From an uncultured Chthonomonadaceae bacterium (GTDB lineage Bacteria; Armatimonadota; Chthonomonadetes; Chthonomonadales; Chthonomonadaceae), in assembly GCA_963817895.1 (NCBI GenBank), contig CAWFQB010000011.1, forward strand, positions 256,001 to 320,000: a stretch of 64,000 bases of DNA, written 5' to 3'. The notes below the pieces were generated by a model, which saw only the letters and a list, made by a program, of their open reading frames with translations, was not told the DNA's origin and ran no database searches. Below, piece after piece: positions 32,502 through 42,007 of the stretch. The first letter of the stretch is position 1, and every line of letters begins with the position of its first letter. Position numbers and translations under genes: made by a program.

Positions 32502-33407
32502 TTACGGTTTCAGAAATCTGGCAAAAAATTCTTCCGCCAACGCGCCGTAGGAGGTGGGATTAGCCGGATTGAGGAATCCATGCCCCTGTTTGTAGGCGGT
32601 AAAAAGCGTGGCATTGACGCCCGCCGCATGAAGCGCGTTGTACAGGCGTTCCGACTGGTCGAGCGGCACGAGCGGGTCTGCGCTGCCGTGTATAATCAGG
32701 AACGGCGACGACTGCTTATCCACATACGTAACAGGGGAACTGGATTTATAGAGTTCGGGCGCGTCTTCCGGTTTTTTGCCAAGAAAGTTCAGGACAATCA
32801 TGGAGCCGACCGACATGGCTTTGGCCTGTTCCGGTGTCAGCGTGAAATCCGCCGGACCGTAAAAATCCACCACGCACTGAACCCGGCTGCTATAACTCGC
32901 CAGTTCCGCGTCGTTGTTGTCGCGGGTGTCGCGAGTTCCAAGCAGGGCGACCAGATAGCCGCCCGCCGAATCGCCCAATCCGCCGATGCGCTGCGGGTCA
33001 ATGTTGTATTTATCGGCATGGGCGCGTATCCACCGTACCGCCCGCTGCGAATCGTCGAGTTGCGCGGGGTATTTGTTGGCGGTTGGCGTGAGCAGGCGGT
33101 AGTTGATGGAAAACGCGGAGTAGCCCTTTGCCGCCAGCGCTTTGCCCATCGGCGCGTAAAACTTTTTGTCGCCCGCCGACCACCCGCCGCCATGAATCAG
33201 CACAATCGCCGGATGTTTGCCCGCCGCCGCAGCCGGATAATAGGCGTCGAGCATCAGTTTCGCGTCGCCCGCCATGCCGTACACCACATCGTTTTCGGTT
33301 TTTACCTCTAGCGGCGTGACAGGAGCTTGTTGCGCTTGCCCGGGCGAGCCTGAAATGAAGGAAAATATCAGCAAAATAATGAAGATTGTGACTATTCGTT
33401 GTCTCAT
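32502..33407 (-). CDS. Exported alpha/beta hydrolase (HSL-type carboxylesterase)
   Basis: HGGGW, GDSAG, HGSAD, GHGF. Confidence 0.9.
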   Translation of the reverse strand: MRQRIVTIFIILLIFSFISGSPGQAQQAPVTPLEVKTENDVVYGMAGDAKLMLDAYYPAAAAGKHPAIVLIHGGGWSAGDKKFYAPMGKALAAKGYSAFSINYRLLTPTANKYPAQLDDSQRAVRWIRAHADKYNIDPQRIGGLGDSAGGYLVALLGTRDTRDNNDAELASYSSRVQCVVDFYGPADFTLTPEQAKAMSVGSMIVLNFLGKKPEDAPELYKSSSPVTYVDKQSSPFLIIHGSADPLVPLDQSERLYNALHAAGVNATLFTAYKQGHGFLNPANPTSYGALAEEFFARFLKP

Positions 33408-33441
33408 GTAAATCCTCGCGTAAAGTTCGTGAGATGAAGAG

Positions 33442-33572
33442 CCGTGAGTTGAAACTCGCGGCTATGGTAACAAAGTCCGCCTGCGCGGACTGAAGGCGGC
33501 ACAAATCATCTTTATACGGTGCAGTCCGCGCAGGCGGACTTTGTTACCATAGCCACGCAATTTATTGCACGG
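33442..33572. repeat. REP-like doublet (AGTCCGCCTGCGCGGACT family)
   Basis: 33-bp perfect inverted arms (33460-33492/33522-33554) plus outer hairpins. Confidence 0.88.
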
Positions 33573-33635
33573 AGTTTGCACAGACATAATCATTATCTGA
33601 TAGTATACCCTGCTTCGCGTTGTTGAAGAAATCTC

Positions 33636-34301
33636 ATGTCGCAACTTGATTCGGTTTCCTCTATGTCCGTAACTACAAACGAAACGCAGGGCAATGCTTC
33701 TGCCGTTGTACGCCCTAAACCATCCGTTATGGATATGGCGCGGGCGTTTCTGGTGATTGGGTGTCTCGCGTTTGGGGGGCAGGGCGGATTGCTCGCTCTG
33801 CTCAGTCGCGATCTGGTAGAGCGGCGGGGCTGGGTGAAGGAAACGGAGATTACGGAAGCGTTTACGTATGTGCAGTTGCTTCCCGGCGCGGTTGTCGTTC
33901 AGGTGGTGGCGTACTTGGGCTATCGGCTGCGGGGATGGCGCGGGGCGTTTGTGGCGACAGGTTGTTTTCTGCTGCCCTCGGTAACGGTGATGCTTCTGCT
34001 GGCGGCGGCGTATACTCGCGTGGCGGCTATCTCAGGTGTTCCTGCCGCGCTCAACGGCCTGACGGCTGCGGTTGTCGGCCTGATCGCGCTGGCCGCGTAC
34101 AAGCAGGCGCGAAAAACCATCAAGGGCGCGCTCGGCATTGCGATTGCAATCGTGGTTTGCGCGTTATCCGTTGGCTGGCGCGTCAACCCTGCTGTACTTG
34201 TCGTTAGCGCGGGACTGCTCGGCATCGTTCGCGAAGCCCTTCCAAAAAATGACAGGACAGACGCAAGCGCGAACTCGGACACAGGAAAGGCGACTGTATG
34301 A
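33636..34301 (+). CDS. Chromate transporter, short-chain subunit 1
   Basis: FLVIGCLAFGGQ, VERRGW, QLLPG, FLLPS. Confidence 0.9.
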   Translation: MSQLDSVSSMSVTTNETQGNASAVVRPKPSVMDMARAFLVIGCLAFGGQGGLLALLSRDLVERRGWVKETEITEAFTYVQLLPGAVVVQVVAYLGYRLRGWRGAFVATGCFLLPSVTVMLLLAAAYTRVAAISGVPAALNGLTAAVVGLIALAAYKQARKTIKGALGIAIAIVVCALSVGWRVNPAVLVVSAGLLGIVREALPKNDRTDASANSDTGKATV

Positions 34302-34876
34302 ATCCTGCTGCCAATTTCGTCGTAGGGTTGTATTTCCTGCCCGAACTGCAATTGCTGTGGGCGATATTCTTGCAGTTCGCGGTTATCAGCCTGCTGGCGT
34401 TTGGGGGCGGACAGGCGGTTTTGCCCCTCATCGAGCGAACAAGCGTCAATGAGCGGAACTGGCTGAGTACGCCCGCGTTTACCGCCGCAGTGGGCTTCGG
34501 CTACCTGATTCCCGGCCCGGTCACGACGATGGCGGCGTTTGTGGGGTATATGGCCGGGGGATTGGCGGGCGGAATCGCGGCCACGCTGGGGATGTTCCTC
34601 GCGCCCACGATTTTAGCGGGACTGGCCGCAGCGGGAGTGGAGAAACTGGCGAGGAGTCGGTGGATACGCGCGTTCGGGGCGGGCGCGGCTCCCGCCGTTG
34701 TGGGCTTGCTTGGCGGCACAGTGTGGAGTATCGGGCGTCACGCAGTAACTTCATGGCCGCTCGGAGGTGTAGCGGTTTTGTCTCTGCTGCTGGCAATAAA
34801 AACCAAAATCGCGCCGGTTTGGCTGCTGCTCGGCGGCGCAATTTTGGGATGGGCGGCGATGTACTTGCTTCGGTGA
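34298..34876 (+). CDS. Chromate transporter, short-chain subunit 2
   Basis: LLAFGGGQA, IPGPV, MFLAP; ATGA overlap. Confidence 0.9.
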   Translation: MNPAANFVVGLYFLPELQLLWAIFLQFAVISLLAFGGGQAVLPLIERTSVNERNWLSTPAFTAAVGFGYLIPGPVTTMAAFVGYMAGGLAGGIAATLGMFLAPTILAGLAAAGVEKLARSRWIRAFGAGAAPAVVGLLGGTVWSIGRHAVTSWPLGGVAVLSLLLAIKTKIAPVWLLLGGAILGWAAMYLLR

Positions 34877-34880
34877 CTGG

Positions 34881-34927
34881 CCCTCAACCCCTAACCCCTT
34901 CTCCCAAAAAAAGCTTGGGAGAAGGGG
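34881..34927. repeat. Solo variant of CCCTCA..CCCCT(T)CTCCC REP-like palindrome
   Basis: CCCCTTCTCCCAA-...-TTGGGAGAAGGGG between convergent genes. Confidence 0.7.
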
Positions 34928-34949
34928 AACCAGTAAGTTCAAAAGGCAT

Positions 34950-35480
34950 TTATCTAGCCAGAGCGATGCCGATGTTTTGCGGCGGCACGGTTCGCGCCTG
35001 AATGGACTGCTGCAAGTTTGGCTTGTAATCGTCCGGCGCGGCTGCCATCGCTTTCTTCAGGGCGCTCAATGACGCGCTACCGGGGATACGTTCCAGCGCC
35101 ATACGCGCGTCTTCCCGAACGTCCTTGTCCGACAGCAGTTTGGTCAATGTCGGCACGGCATGGGCATCCCCGACAACGCCCACCAGCGTCAATGCTTCCG
35201 CCCGTACCATGCGCGGACGGGGTGAATCCGCCAGTTTCAGCAATGCCGTTGTGACGGCCTGTGCCTCTTTTGCCGCGCCGGGACGAGCGGCATAGTGCGC
35301 GACGTTTTGCAGCGCGCCCGTCGCGCACTTGGCAATGCTCTTGTCGGGCGACGCCATCAGGTCGCCTAATCCGATAACCGCGTTCACGCCTGCCGGCCCC
35401 GCGCTTTTCCACGCATTAAGGCGCACATTCGCATCCGGCGATTGCAGTTGGTCAAGAATGTCTTTGGAATCTAGGTGCAT
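34950..35480 (-). CDS. HEAT-repeat protein
   Basis: VRLNA.., VRAEALTLVG..GD..AVPTL..LL, VREDARMALERIPG. Confidence 0.8.
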   Translation of the reverse strand: MHLDSKDILDQLQSPDANVRLNAWKSAGPAGVNAVIGLGDLMASPDKSIAKCATGALQNVAHYAARPGAAKEAQAVTTALLKLADSPRPRMVRAEALTLVGVVGDAHAVPTLTKLLSDKDVREDARMALERIPGSASLSALKKAMAAAPDDYKPNLQQSIQARTVPPQNIGIALAR

Positions 35481-35492
35481 GAAAATCTCCAA

Positions 35493-35606
35493 AAGTAGAC
35501 AGTAGACAGTAGGCAGTAGAAATCCCCTCTACTGAAAGCCTCGCGCAATCCTGGAAACAGTAAGCCCTGTGTCTACTGCCTACTGTCTACTGTCTACTGT
35601 CTACTT
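35493..35606. repeat. Inverted heptamer arrays (AGTAGAC)n / (TCTACTG)n
   Basis: Arms 35493-35520 and 35572-35606. Confidence 0.95.
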
Positions 35607-35607
35607 C

Positions 35608-36987
35608 CTAAAGATGAAAGGGCGCGCGGTAGGGCTGCGCGAGATAGCGGTTGGCCTCCTCGTCGCCGACGAAGCGGAAGTTGACCGGGTCCCAGTTCAA
35701 TTTGCGGCCCAACACGTAGGAGATGTTGGCGATGATGGGCAGGACGATGACATGCCGGCCTACGGTGGGATTCATCACGGTCTCTTCCCGCGTTTTGATG
35801 CACTTGCGCCAGTTCTGACGATGCCGCTCAGTGGGGTCGGCTTCGGCGGGGTCTATAAACAGGTGAACGCCATCGGAACCGGGCATGTACTTTTTGGCCT
35901 TGTTCTCCGTGTTGCAGCCGCCGTCGCCGCCCTCGACAATCAGGGTATCGCGGTCGCCATAGTATTTCGCGCCCCATTCGATTTTGTCGTCAAGGCCGGG
36001 AAACGCTTCGGGTTCGCCGGGCTGGCCCCACGTCAGCGTCCAGTCGGGATTCTTAAATTCCCACTTTACGTTTAACTGCGGCGGCGCGTCGTACACGCTG
36101 TCTACAGAAGGGGTTCCGGTCGCTTCCACGCTGACCGGGCCGGTCTGATCCATGTTCATACACCAGCTTACAATGCTCATGGCGTGGTTGCCCCGGTCGC
36201 GAATAAAGCCCGCGCCAAAGTCCATCATCCAGCGAAAATGAAAATCCACATACGCCGGGTTGTAAGGACGCCAGCGCGCGGGGCCGAGCCACATATTCCA
36301 ATCAAGATCGGCGGGGGGAGCCATCTCCTGCCCCCATCCGCCGTTCATGTCGCTGCGCATGTTGACGGGATGCCAGATGTTGACGTGGTTGACTTTGCCG
36401 ATCTGACCGTTGCGGATATATTGCGCCGCGTACCAGGCGTTGCGGTTGGAACGCCCCTGCGCCCCGAACTGCACCACGCGCTTGTACTCTTTGGATGCGT
36501 GCAGCATCGCGTGGGCCTCCTGCATGGTTTTACAAACGGGCTTTTCCGAGTACACGTCCTTGCCCGCCTGACATGCGTGGACGGTCATAATGGCGTGCCA
36601 GTGGTCGGGCGTCCCGATAGTCACGGCGTCCACGTCCTTGCTGTCCAGCACTTCCCGGTAGTCCTGCGTTACTTTGGGCTTGCTGCTGCATTTGGCGGCG
36701 ATGCCCTGCGCGCGGGTTCGGTTCACGTCGCAGATAAACGCGGCGGAATCTGCCACGACGTGCGACTGTCCCATGCCGCCCACACCAATGTGTCCGTAAA
36801 TGATGCGGTCATTCGCGCCGGGGCGACCGGGACTAGCCAACACGCCGCGCGGGATAATCGTCGGCATCCCCAGTATGGCGGCGGAAACGGCAGTCTTCTT
36901 CACAAAATCGCGCCGCGAAAGGTCGGCTGCGGGCATGGTATCCGTCGGCTGCGCGTCCGGCCCGTTAATACTATCCATTTTATCCAA
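35608..36987 (-). CDS. Tat-exported Gfo/Idh/MocA oxidoreductase
   Basis: SRRDFVK Tat motif, IGVGGMG, TPDHWHA, YSEKP, LDWNMWLGPA. Confidence 0.93.
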   Translation of the reverse strand: MDKMDSINGPDAQPTDTMPAADLSRRDFVKKTAVSAAILGMPTIIPRGVLASPGRPGANDRIIYGHIGVGGMGQSHVVADSAAFICDVNRTRAQGIAAKCSSKPKVTQDYREVLDSKDVDAVTIGTPDHWHAIMTVHACQAGKDVYSEKPVCKTMQEAHAMLHASKEYKRVVQFGAQGRSNRNAWYAAQYIRNGQIGKVNHVNIWHPVNMRSDMNGGWGQEMAPPADLDWNMWLGPARWRPYNPAYVDFHFRWMMDFGAGFIRDRGNHAMSIVSWCMNMDQTGPVSVEATGTPSVDSVYDAPPQLNVKWEFKNPDWTLTWGQPGEPEAFPGLDDKIEWGAKYYGDRDTLIVEGGDGGCNTENKAKKYMPGSDGVHLFIDPAEADPTERHRQNWRKCIKTREETVMNPTVGRHVIVLPIIANISYVLGRKLNWDPVNFRFVGDEEANRYLAQPYRAPFHL

Positions 36988-37012
36988 CGCTGGACTCCTT
37001 CCTATTCAGTTC

Positions 37013-37447
37013 CTATTCAATCGTAACCGTATTCATGCGGTCGTCTTTGCGCAGGTTCTGCACGTTTTCCAGACCCTCGGTCACTTTGCCGAACACGGCG
37101 TAGCCACCATCCAGAAACGGCGTGGCTTTGAGGGTGATATAAAATTGACAGGAGGCGCTGTCGGGATCGGATGAGCGGGCCATCGCCACCGCGCCCGCTT
37201 CATCATGTTTGAGTTTGGGCGTGACTTCAAGCGGAATAGTGCGCTTGGAACTGCCCGTTCCCGTTCCGGTTGGGTCGCCGCCCTGAATCACGAAGCCGGG
37301 TTCGTAACGGTGGAAGATGAGGCCGTTGTAAAAGCCCGATTGCGCCAGATCAATGAAATTCTGCGTGGTAATCGGAGCGAGGTCTTCAAACAGTTCAAAG
37401 CGTATCACGCCTTTGGTAGTATCCAGTACAGCCGTTCGGTTTGCCAA
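37013..37447 (-). CDS. Cyclophilin-type peptidyl-prolyl isomerase
   Basis: [40 protein letters not shown]. Confidence 0.96.
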   Translation of the reverse strand: MANRTAVLDTTKGVIRFELFEDLAPITTQNFIDLAQSGFYNGLIFHRYEPGFVIQGGDPTGTGTGSSKRTIPLEVTPKLKHDEAGAVAMARSSDPDSASCQFYITLKATPFLDGGYAVFGKVTEGLENVQNLRKDDRMNTVTIE

Positions 37448-37471
37448 GTGAGAAAGTCCTTTCTTTACTGC

Positions 37472-37533
37472 GGTATTCAGGTATTCAGGTGTTCAGGTAT
37501 AGACTCGTATCTCGTATCTCGTATCTTGTATCT
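37472..37533. repeat. Mismatched pair: (GGTATTCA)n followed by (CTCGTAT)n
   Basis: G-rich octamer arm 37472-37500, then C-rich heptamer arm 37504-37533. Confidence 0.9.
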
Positions 37534-37683
37534 GCTTACCCCTGATTCCTTTCTCCCTTATCCCTTACAAATTTCTTGCGTCATTGTAGCATAAAAATAC
37601 GCTGCCAACAGGAAGAAACGCGCGGAATGGCGAAATGTGAGAACGAGTTATTACAAACGATTACGGAGCAGGGGGAATAACGG

Positions 37684-38697
37684 GTGACAAATATTATCGC
37701 CACAGCGCCGGGACGATGCGGGCTGATCGGCAATCCTTCAGATATGTACGGGGGCTGCGTGATCTCCTGTACCACGCAGGAGCGGGCGGAGTGCCGTCTG
37801 GAACAGTCTACTGACGCGCTCTTGCTGACCAACGAGGACGAGCGGCAAATCCTGAAAACGCGGGACAGCCTGCAATTTCAGGGTGACAAACTCGATATTG
37901 CCCGTGCCGCCCTGACCTATTTCAACATCAATCCGGCGCAAGACAAGTTTGCGCTGCATTTGAAAACGGCAATTCCGATGCGGGCGGGACTGGCCGGTTC
38001 CACAGCGTTACTGGCGGCGATTGTGGGCGCGTTAGATGCGTATTTAGAATTGAACCTGAATCGTTATGCTCTTGCGGAAACCACGCGCAAGATTGAAGCG
38101 CGGGTTATGGGCATCGTGTGCGGCCTGCAAGATCAGCACATGGCGGTATTCGGTGGTCTGAACTTTATGGATTATGCTGGAAAGCAGGCTTTGGAGCAGA
38201 AGGACGATGAGCCGCTTGCCACAATAGAGCCGTTGTCTTTGTGGATGGGCGATGCGCTGAATTCGCCGCCTCTGCTCCTGGCGCACACGGGTATCCAGCA
38301 CCATTCGGGTACGGTACATAAATCGCCCCGTGAACGCTGGCTTGCGGGTGAAACCGTTGTTCGGGACAGCTACACGCAGATCGCGCGTCTGGCGCGGCAG
38401 GGCAAACGCGCCCTCGTAGAACAGCGCTGGCAGGATATGGGCGCGTTGATGAATGAAAACCATGCGATTGTGGCCGCGCTCGGCGGTTCCGGGCCTGCCA
38501 ACGAAACCCTGATTGCCGCCGCGCTACAGGCGGGGGCGTATGGCGCGAAACTGGCGGGCGCAGGCGGCGGCGGAACCATTCTCGTCCTGACCCATGCCCC
38601 GCATACTGTTGGCGAAGCCTTGATGGCAGCCGGCGCGGAGCGTTTGTTAATACCGAAACCCCAGATGGGATTGGTAGTGACGGTTGACCATGTTTAG
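37684..38697 (+). CDS. GHMP-family sugar kinase, glucuronokinase-like
   Basis: GLIGNPSDMYGG, IPMRAGLAGSTA, GIVCGLQD, SGTVH..RERWLAGE, KLAGAGGGG. Confidence 0.75.
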   Translation: MTNIIATAPGRCGLIGNPSDMYGGCVISCTTQERAECRLEQSTDALLLTNEDERQILKTRDSLQFQGDKLDIARAALTYFNINPAQDKFALHLKTAIPMRAGLAGSTALLAAIVGALDAYLELNLNRYALAETTRKIEARVMGIVCGLQDQHMAVFGGLNFMDYAGKQALEQKDDEPLATIEPLSLWMGDALNSPPLLLAHTGIQHHSGTVHKSPRERWLAGETVVRDSYTQIARLARQGKRALVEQRWQDMGALMNENHAIVAALGGSGPANETLIAAALQAGAYGAKLAGAGGGGTILVLTHAPHTVGEALMAAGAERLLIPKPQMGLVVTVDHV

Positions 38698-38728
38698 AAT
38701 GGTTGACCATGGTTGGAAAGGCAAATAC

Positions 38729-39292
38729 ATGATGTACTGTGTGAAACTGGTTCCTTGTATGCTTTTAGCAGGCTCTCTGCTCATGAGCGGCAGCCACTCC
38801 CTGGCGCAGCACCGCCATTCGGCCTCATCGCGTTCTGAATTGAGCTCGCTCGATAAAGATTATCTCAAGGATACAGCGCAAAGCAACCTTGAAGAGATTC
38901 AGTTTGCGCCCACTGTGCAGCAGATAGGTAACAGCGCGGACAGACAGTTCGCGCAACACATGAAGACCGATCATGCCAGAGCCAATGCGCAACTGAAAGC
39001 CCTTGCCGCGCGTGTAGGCTATGCGCTTCCAAAGGACGCAAGCGAGGAACAACACGCGATTATGGAGCGACTGGGCAAAATGCAGGGGGCAAAATTCTAC
39101 GCCGCCTACAAGCAAGAAATGATTCGCGACCATACCTCAGATATTGCTGAAACACAACGGGAGATTAGCCTGGGCCGCAATCCGTTAGTCAAAGCCAGCG
39201 CCGAAAAGAACCTTCTTTTGTTACAGATGCACCTGAAAATGTCCAAATCGTTGCCGGAAGGGAATTCGCAGGGCGGTAATCACCACATGTAG
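38729..39292 (+). CDS. DUF4142 (ferritin-like) exported protein
   Basis: D..YL...AQSNL.EI, FAQHM.TDH..AN..LK.LA, EMIRDH, LLQMHL. Confidence 0.8.
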   Translation: MMYCVKLVPCMLLAGSLLMSGSHSLAQHRHSASSRSELSSLDKDYLKDTAQSNLEEIQFAPTVQQIGNSADRQFAQHMKTDHARANAQLKALAARVGYALPKDASEEQHAIMERLGKMQGAKFYAAYKQEMIRDHTSDIAETQREISLGRNPLVKASAEKNLLLLQMHLKMSKSLPEGNSQGGNHHM

Positions 39293-39397
39293 ACAGAGGA
39301 ATGAAGGTTCATAAAAGCAATACCGGTTTGCTCCGAGTTTGATCTACGCTTCTTGACCGCGAACATATTACAACGCTTCAATATTCTCGGAGGACGT

Positions 39398-40333
39398 ATG
39401 CGAATCACCAGTCGCGCGCCGGTTCGCATTGATTTTGCGGGCGGGTGGACGGATGTAGGCATTTTTGCGCAGGGCGCAGGCGGCGCGGTTGTCAATGCCG
39501 CCATCAACCACTATGTAACCGGAACGCTGGAAGCCCGCAGCGCGGACGAACCCCTTGCTATGTCGCTGCCGTCCGCGCCGGGAATGGCGGAACCGGGCGG
39601 GGAGGGGTTGCGCGTGGCCTATCAATCCGACCTGCCTTCAGGTTCGGGACTTGGCACGTCGTCCGCGCTGAATGTTATCTGGCTCAGTTTGATACGTTCG
39701 CAGATTGACAGCGATGAAGACCGCGCCCACCTTGCCGAACTGGCGTATCAACTGGAATCCATGCTCGGCATTTTGGGCGGCAAGCAGGACCAGTACGCGG
39801 CGGCGTTTGGCGGCTTTAATTCCATGACGTTCGGGGAAACGGTTCATGTGGAGCGACTGGCGATTGCGCCGGAAACGGTAGAAGAACTGGAACGCCGTCT
39901 TGTCTTGTGCTATACGGGCAAGCAGCGTTTGTCCGGCAGCATCCACGAAAACGTGTGGGGCGCGTTTCGCCGGGGCGTTCCTGCCACCGTAAACGCTTTA
40001 TACGCCCTGCGCGAGTGCGCGCATCGGGCCAGAACCGCCCTGCTGAACGGGAATGTAGAGGAACTGACGCAGATAATGAGCGACAACTGGCGGCATCAAT
40101 GCGAACTGGATGCTTCCGTCACAAATCCGCAAATCAGCGGTCTTTTTGAAACAGCGCTGGAAGCGGGGGCGATGGGCGGCAAAGCCTGCGGCGCGGGCGG
40201 GGGCGGCTGCCTGCTGTTTTGCGCCCAATCAGGGAGGCAATCCGCCATCAGTGACGCGCTTGCCGCCGCCGGAGCGCACATCATCCCCTTCCAGTTCGAC
40301 CACACCGGCCTGCAAGTCACGCGGGAAGCGTAA
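39398..40333 (+). CDS. GHMP-family anomeric sugar kinase (HddA/fucokinase-like)
   Basis: RAPVRIDFAGGWTD, LPSGSGLGTSS, GGKQDQYAAAFGG, GKACGAGGGG. Confidence 0.85.
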   Translation: MRITSRAPVRIDFAGGWTDVGIFAQGAGGAVVNAAINHYVTGTLEARSADEPLAMSLPSAPGMAEPGGEGLRVAYQSDLPSGSGLGTSSALNVIWLSLIRSQIDSDEDRAHLAELAYQLESMLGILGGKQDQYAAAFGGFNSMTFGETVHVERLAIAPETVEELERRLVLCYTGKQRLSGSIHENVWGAFRRGVPATVNALYALRECAHRARTALLNGNVEELTQIMSDNWRHQCELDASVTNPQISGLFETALEAGAMGGKACGAGGGGCLLFCAQSGRQSAISDALAAAGAHIIPFQFDHTGLQVTREA

Positions 40334-40341
40334 GAGGAACC

Positions 40342-41850
40342 ATGCAAGTGAACTTACCACAAAACAGAGAAAAGGAGAAAAGGAGAAAAGGAGAAGAGGA
40401 GAGCGAGGTACCGCGAAATAGGCTAAACACACGAAAAGAAACTAAAATACAGTTCGTAGAGCGTTTAAGTTCATTTGCCTGCTCTAATTGTCTTTTGTCT
40501 TTTTTTCGTTTTTTTCGTGTCTTTCGCGGTTTGTTAATTCTCCTTTTCTCCTTTTCTCCTTTTCTCCTCTTCTGTTCGCCGGTACAGGCGGAACTGCGCG
40601 GCGGGGCGGCGAAGGTGGACATAACGCCGGATGTGAAGGCGAACGCGATTCCGCTTGGCGGGTACGCGGCGCGAAAAGCGGCGCGGGCGACGGGCGTACA
40701 CGATCCCGTGTATGCGCGGGCGTTGGCGCTTTCGGACGGCAAGACCACAGCCGTTGTCGTGTCGCTGGATTTGTGCTTTGCGCCCGCGAGTATCAAGGCG
40801 GAAGTGATGAAACGCCTGAAGGCGAATGGCAATGCCACTGTGGACGCCGCGCATCTGTTTCTGGCAGCCACGCACACCCATACGGCCCCCGACCCGCTTG
40901 CCATGCACACGGGCAACACGTTTACCCATCTGAACGGCTGGACGGTTTTCGACCAGAAATTGCTGGACTTTACCGCAGAGAAAATCGCGCAGGCGGTCAT
41001 TCAGGCCGGCAAGGACATGGTTCCGGTTCGTATTGGGGTTGCGACGCAGAACGCGACGGGAGCCAACCGCAACCGGCGCAATGACCCGACCGTTGACCCG
41101 GCCTTTACAACCCTGAAGGTAGCGCGAATTTCGGACGGCAAAACACTGGCGGCAGTCGTCAATTTTGCCGCGCATCCGACTTTGTACGACGATAAGATGA
41201 TGGAGATTTCCGCCGACTGGCCGGGCGTAATGACGGGTGATGTGGAAACAGCGGGAGAAAAGGGCGAAGCGGGGGGCGCGAAAGTGTGCCTGTTCCTCAA
41301 CGGCGCGGAGGGGGACGCTTCCCCGAACGGCGTAGATGATGTGCAGCCTGACGCCAAAGTATCCACGTATGGACACCGCATGGGCAAACGCGCGTTGGAA
41401 GCGTTGGCGGCAGCCGCCGCGCCAACAGATGCGCCGCTTGCAATGTGGACTCAGGCCGTTACCCTGCCGCCGCGCAAGCCCAACGCGCTGTTTTTTCTCG
41501 CCGCCGCGCAGATGGGCGCGACCATGCCACAGGCCAGAGACCTTGTCAACGCGCTCATGCCGACCACTACGGAGATTAATTTTATTCGTATCGGCGACCT
41601 GCTGCTGATGGGGTTTCCGTGCGAACCGACGGGCGACATTGGAATGGCCGCGAAAGCGCTTGCCCGTCAATCCGGTTACAAGGTTCCCGCCGTTGTCGCG
41701 CTCGTCAATGACTGGCTCGCGTATTGCCTGACGCCGCCGCAATACAAAGCCGGAAAGTACGAGGCTGTCATGTCGTTTTATGGCGATCAGTTCGGGCCGA
41801 CACTGTTGGAGGGGGTCAAAACCGGGCTGCTCATGCAGAGCAAGTTGTGA
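40342..41850 (+). CDS. Neutral/alkaline ceramidase-like metallohydrolase with repeat-encoded N-terminus
   Basis: GAGGA RBS; KVDITP, GVHDPVYARAL, ATHTHTAP, NRNRR, NFAAHPT, NGAEGD. Confidence 0.8.
   Translation: MQVNLPQNREKEKRRKGEEESEVPRNRLNTRKETKIQFVERLSSFACSNCLLSFFRFFRVFRGLLILLFSFSPFLLFCSPVQAELRGGAAKVDITPDVKANAIPLGGYAARKAARATGVHDPVYARALALSDGKTTAVVVSLDLCFAPASIKAEVMKRLKANGNATVDAAHLFLAATHTHTAPDPLAMHTGNTFTHLNGWTVFDQKLLDFTAEKIAQAVIQAGKDMVPVRIGVATQNATGANRNRRNDPTVDPAFTTLKVARISDGKTLAAVVNFAAHPTLYDDKMMEISADWPGVMTGDVETAGEKGEAGGAKVCLFLNGAEGDASPNGVDDVQPDAKVSTYGHRMGKRALEALAAAAAPTDAPLAMWTQAVTLPPRKPNALFFLAAAQMGATMPQARDLVNALMPTTTEINFIRIGDLLLMGFPCEPTGDIGMAAKALARQSGYKVPAVVALVNDWLAYCLTPPQYKAGKYEAVMSFYGDQFGPTLLEGVKTGLLMQSKL
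40366..40573. repeat. Nested inverted arrays (GGAGAAAA)n/(TTTTCTCC)n with inner ACCGCGAAA..CACGAAA / TTTCGTG..TTTCGCGGT
   Basis: Outer arms 40366-40401/40538-40573; inner arms about 40410-40447/40501-40530; all in frame within the CDS. Confidence 0.9.
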
Positions 41851-41905
41851 AATAGGGTTGCCGGTAATTTTCAATCCCCGACAACCCCGCGCTACAAAGG
41901 CCTTA

Positions 41906-42007
41906 GAGCCTATCCCAATAGGCCGGGTACAGAGAACGTACCCGTCTGAGTGGCCTACGGCCAAGCGTCCTTCGGACGCAAATGCAATCGCCTGTTGGGA
42001 TAGGCTC
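41906..42007. mobile_element. 102-bp MITE with 18-bp TIRs and TTA target-site duplication
   Basis: TTA|GAGCCTATCCCAATAGGC...GCCTGTTGGGATAGGCTC|TTA; second copy at 1676. Confidence 0.88.

Noticed and set aside
38682..38711. GGTTGACCATG direct duplication
   Set aside because: Single 11-bp duplication with no associated element.
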